Of a stretch of 49,491 nucleotides of DNA, positions 46,712 through 49,491 are shown in pieces. Each line of letters opens with the position of its first letter. Position 1 is the first letter of the stretch. The notes beneath the pieces are model-generated. The model was not told the DNA's origin. It ran no database searches and saw nothing but the letters and a program-made list of their open reading frames with translations. A program made the translations under genes and the position numbers. Source of the stretch: Candidatus Dormiibacterota bacterium (GTDB lineage Bacteria; Chloroflexota; Dormibacteria; Aeolococcales; Bog-877). The DNA is taken from the NCBI GenBank assembly GCA_013044295.1, contig JABEUU010000169.1, forward strand, positions 1-49,491, given 5' to 3'.

Positions 46712-47605
46712 TTGGCGTCCGAGCGGGCCCCGGTGACGGACGCCCCGACTGTCGCGGCCCGACGGCCGCTGGCGCCAACCCTGCTGCTGCTGGCTGTGAC
46801 CGCCATCTACGGCTGGACCTTCGTGGTGGTCAAACAGGCCATTGGGGAGTATCCGGTGCTGCCGTTTCTGGGGCTGAGATTCGTCGTGGCGGCCCTCCTG
46901 CTGCTGCTGGTGTTGCGCCGCTGGCCCGCTCTCCCCAGTTGGCGGCAGGGTCTGCCGGTGGCGGCGGCGCTGGCCGTTGGATACCTCTTTCAGACCGAGG
47001 GCATGGTCACGATCAGCCCCGGGATCGCCGGCCTCTTGACCGGTCTCTTTGTGGTGTTCACCCCGCTTCTGGATCGGCTCCTGTTCGGGGCCAGGCTGCG
47101 CCTGGCCACCGTGGTCAGCATCACCCTGGCTCTGGTCGGTACCGGTCTGCTGACCGGCGGCCTGGCGGGGTTCAGGGTGGGCGACCTGTTGGTGGTGCTG
47201 GCCGCGCTCGCCTTCGCCGTCCAGATCGTGCTGCTCAGTCATGGTCGCGGCTCGGTGGCCGACATGAGCCTGGTGCAGATGTTGGTCTGCGCGCTCGTCT
47301 TCCTGCTGCTGGGGGCGGGATCCCAGCTCAGGTATCCAGCGGTGTCTGGCTCTGTGGCCTTAGCCCTGGCGATCACCGGCGCCCTCGCCAGCGGGCTGGC
47401 GGTGCTGGCCCAGACCTGGGCCCAGCGCCGAATGTCGGCCAGCCGCGCCGGGCTGGTGCTGGCGGCGGAGCCGGGATTCGCGCTGCTCGCCGCAGTTCTG
47501 CTGGTGGGTGAGCGGCTGTCCCAAATCCAGCTGCTGGGGGCGCTGGTGCTGTTCCTGGCGATCATCGGGCATGAGCTGGTGGGAGCCCGCGGGCCCGGGG
47601 TTTGA
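46712..47605 (+). CDS. DMT/EamA family transporter
   Basis: IYGWTFVVVK, LRFVVA, TGLFVVFTP, GDLLVV, QTWAQR, EPGFA; ~10 TM segments; start uncertain. Confidence 0.88.
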   Translation: MASERAPVTDAPTVAARRPLAPTLLLLAVTAIYGWTFVVVKQAIGEYPVLPFLGLRFVVAALLLLLVLRRWPALPSWRQGLPVAAALAVGYLFQTEGMVTISPGIAGLLTGLFVVFTPLLDRLLFGARLRLATVVSITLALVGTGLLTGGLAGFRVGDLLVVLAALAFAVQIVLLSHGRGSVADMSLVQMLVCALVFLLLGAGSQLRYPAVSGSVALALAITGALASGLAVLAQTWAQRRMSASRAGLVLAAEPGFALLAAVLLVGERLSQIQLLGALVLFLAIIGHELVGARGPGV

Positions 47606-47649
47606 TGGGCGCTTGGACTGGGTTCCGGCGGCATCCATATACTCGAGTG

Positions 47650-48546
47650 ATGACCCCCGCAGATCCCGGCCAAGCCTTTCCCACAGCTGAGTACGCGCTC
47701 CTGGGCGGCTCGGGGACGGGCACCGAAGGATCGCCGGAGGGGGATCAGAGGATAACGGTACGGGAGCGGGAGCAGGTCTTCAAGACCCCCTATGGGCCCA
47801 CCCCTCCGATCACCAGCTGTCTGCTCATGGATGAGGCTGGGGTGGCTCGTTCGGTGCTCTTCACGCGTCCGCACGAGATGGGTGAGTGGGATCTGGGCGG
47901 TCGCACCGCAGCTGCCCGTGGCCACCAGAGTCTGGCCCTGTTCTGGCTGCTTCGCGAGGCCGGTGTGCGGCGGATCGTCGCCGAGGCGGGGGTGGCCAGC
48001 ATCACCCAGCACTTTCACCCTCGGGACCTGATAATCCCGCACGACTTCATCGATTTCACGCCCCAGTACTGCGGCCAGTTGGTTCCCGGGTCGGTGATCT
48101 CGATGAGGGAGCCGTTCTGCCCCGACCTGCGGGACGCGCTCTGGCAGCGCTCGCGTCGGTTCGCGGCCGACAAGGCCACGCGGGTGTTCAATCGGGCAGT
48201 TCACGCCACAGTTGAGGGCCCCCGCTTCGAGACCGCTGCAGAGGTCGCCGCTCTGGCGCGCCTCGGCGGTGACGTCATCAGCCAGACCGTCACCCCGGAG
48301 GTCTATCTGGCGCGCGAGATAGGGGCCTGCTTTGCCACCGTCGAGATGGTCCTCAACTACGCTGAAGGTGTCCGGCCAGAGTGGGACTTTGACCTGCTGC
48401 GCGCCATTGTCCGGGAGGGTGCCGAGGAACTCGGCGGGGTGGCTCTGGACGCGCTGGCAGCGTTGCCGGCTGAGGCCACCTGCAGCTGCGCCCACCACCG
48501 CCAGGTGGGGCCGGTGAGATCTGCGGCGGTGGGCGAGCCGGCTTGA
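47650..48546 (+). CDS. MTAP/MTIP-family purine nucleoside phosphorylase (divergent)
   Basis: GGSG, TPYG, PHDFIDFT, SMREPFCPDLR, VEGPRFETAAE, PEVYLAREIG.CFA, NYAEG. Confidence 0.82.
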   Translation: MTPADPGQAFPTAEYALLGGSGTGTEGSPEGDQRITVREREQVFKTPYGPTPPITSCLLMDEAGVARSVLFTRPHEMGEWDLGGRTAAARGHQSLALFWLLREAGVRRIVAEAGVASITQHFHPRDLIIPHDFIDFTPQYCGQLVPGSVISMREPFCPDLRDALWQRSRRFAADKATRVFNRAVHATVEGPRFETAAEVAALARLGGDVISQTVTPEVYLAREIGACFATVEMVLNYAEGVRPEWDFDLLRAIVREGAEELGGVALDALAALPAEATCSCAHHRQVGPVRSAAVGEPA

Positions 48547-49283
48547 CCGAGCTCAAATCCGCGCCTCCGGGCAGCTCTGGGCTGCCCACGCCGGGCCACC
48601 CCGAACCCGAGGCCGTCCGGTCTATGTTCTCCGGGATAGCCCATCGCTATGACCTGCTCAACCTGCTTCTCAGCCTCGGTCAGGACCGGCGCTGGCGGCG
48701 CCGTGCGGCCCAGCTGACCAGGTTGCGCCCCGGTCAGAGCGGGCTCGACATCTGCACGGGCACCGGCGCTCTGGCCGCTCGTCTGCGAGCTCGGGTCGGC
48801 CCCCAAGGGCGCGTGGTCGGGCTAGACCTCACGGAGGCCATGGTGGCGGGGGCACGCCGCCGAGTCGCTCAGGTGGAGTTCGTGGTTGGAGACGCGGTTC
48901 ATCTTCCCTTTGCCGACGACTCCTTCGATGCCGCGTCCATGGCATTCGGGCTCCGCAACATTGCTGACCACCAAGCGGCGCTGGCGGAGATGCTCAGAGT
49001 CCTCAAGCCGGGGGGCAGGGCTGTGATTCTGGAGTTCAGTACGGTGAGTCGGCCCCTGGGCCCCTGGTATTCGCTGTACAACCGAACTGTGATCCCGGTG
49101 GTGGCGCGCCTTCTCCTGGGGAGGGCGGGTGCCTACCAGTACCTGACCGAGTCCATCGCCGCGTTTCCAGCGCCCATGGTGGTCTCGCGCTGGCTCCGGG
49201 ACGCGGGCTTCGAGGGAGTGCGGTATCACAGGCTTAGCCTGGGGATCGTCGCCATCCACATCGGGTTCAAGGCCCACGGATAG
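48543..49283 (+). CDS. menG: Demethylmenaquinone methyltransferase (UbiE/MenG family)
   Basis: MFSGIAHRYDLLNLLLSLGQDRRWR, LDICTGTG, LPFADDSFD, AFGLRNI, RVLKPGG, LEFS, YQYLTESI. Confidence 0.9.
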   Translation: MTELKSAPPGSSGLPTPGHPEPEAVRSMFSGIAHRYDLLNLLLSLGQDRRWRRRAAQLTRLRPGQSGLDICTGTGALAARLRARVGPQGRVVGLDLTEAMVAGARRRVAQVEFVVGDAVHLPFADDSFDAASMAFGLRNIADHQAALAEMLRVLKPGGRAVILEFSTVSRPLGPWYSLYNRTVIPVVARLLLGRAGAYQYLTESIAAFPAPMVVSRWLRDAGFEGVRYHRLSLGIVAIHIGFKAHG

Positions 49284-49456
49284 CTGGCCCCAGCGGTTGC
49301 CGATTCACGTTCAGGGGGTGAGGTGGTGACGGTCGGGCCGCCTCCATCTGCCCCGGGAAGGCCGGTCCCTTCCATGTGGTCGCCTGGCAGGCTGGGTCCA
49401 GTTAGAGTGAGTCGGGGGCGGTTTTGGGCTAGATTCCTCGGGGAGGCTGAGTTCGC

Positions 49457-49491
49457 GTGATCAGAACGCTGGTGGTGGCGGGGCCCCGCCA
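49457..49491 (+). CDS. Possible start of the next gene (truncated)
   Basis: GGGAGG at ~49441 followed by GTG ATC AGA ACG CTG GTG GTG (VIRTLVVAGP), open to the window edge. Confidence 0.35.
   Translation, partial: MIRTLVVAGPR

Overview
A 49.5-kb, high-GC chromosomal segment of mostly core genes. The Gram-positive-type SOS boxes, AdnAB, homodimeric GlyRS, sortase-like signals and many leaderless genes suggest a Terrabacteria lineage such as Chloroflexota/Ca. Dormibacterota or an actinobacterial relative (inference). Gene order: CBS/CorC protein, recO, a full-length cysteinyl-tRNA synthetase fused to a C-terminal GT2 glycosyltransferase domain, glyQS, SDR, a threonine cluster (two thrC, aspartate kinase, thrB, divergent asd, putative leader peptide), xth, ABC half-transporter, ppdK, thioesterase, aldehyde dehydrogenase, TetR, adnAB-like helicase-nucleases, SCP2, NAD(P)-binding protein, HU, and an SOS mutagenesis cassette split in two (imuA-imuB-small ORF and dnaE2, each with its own LexA box) around ftsH and two putative sortase-anchored proteins. 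It ends with a Na+ symporter, a GT2-GtrA-GAF-like fusion, glutaredoxin-like, membrane, EEP and EamA proteins, an MTAP-like phosphorylase and menG/ubiE. I recognised no rRNA, tRNA, CRISPR array or mobile element. The best novelty candidate is the CysRS-GT2 fusion. All calls rest on motif recognition by eye; no searches were run.
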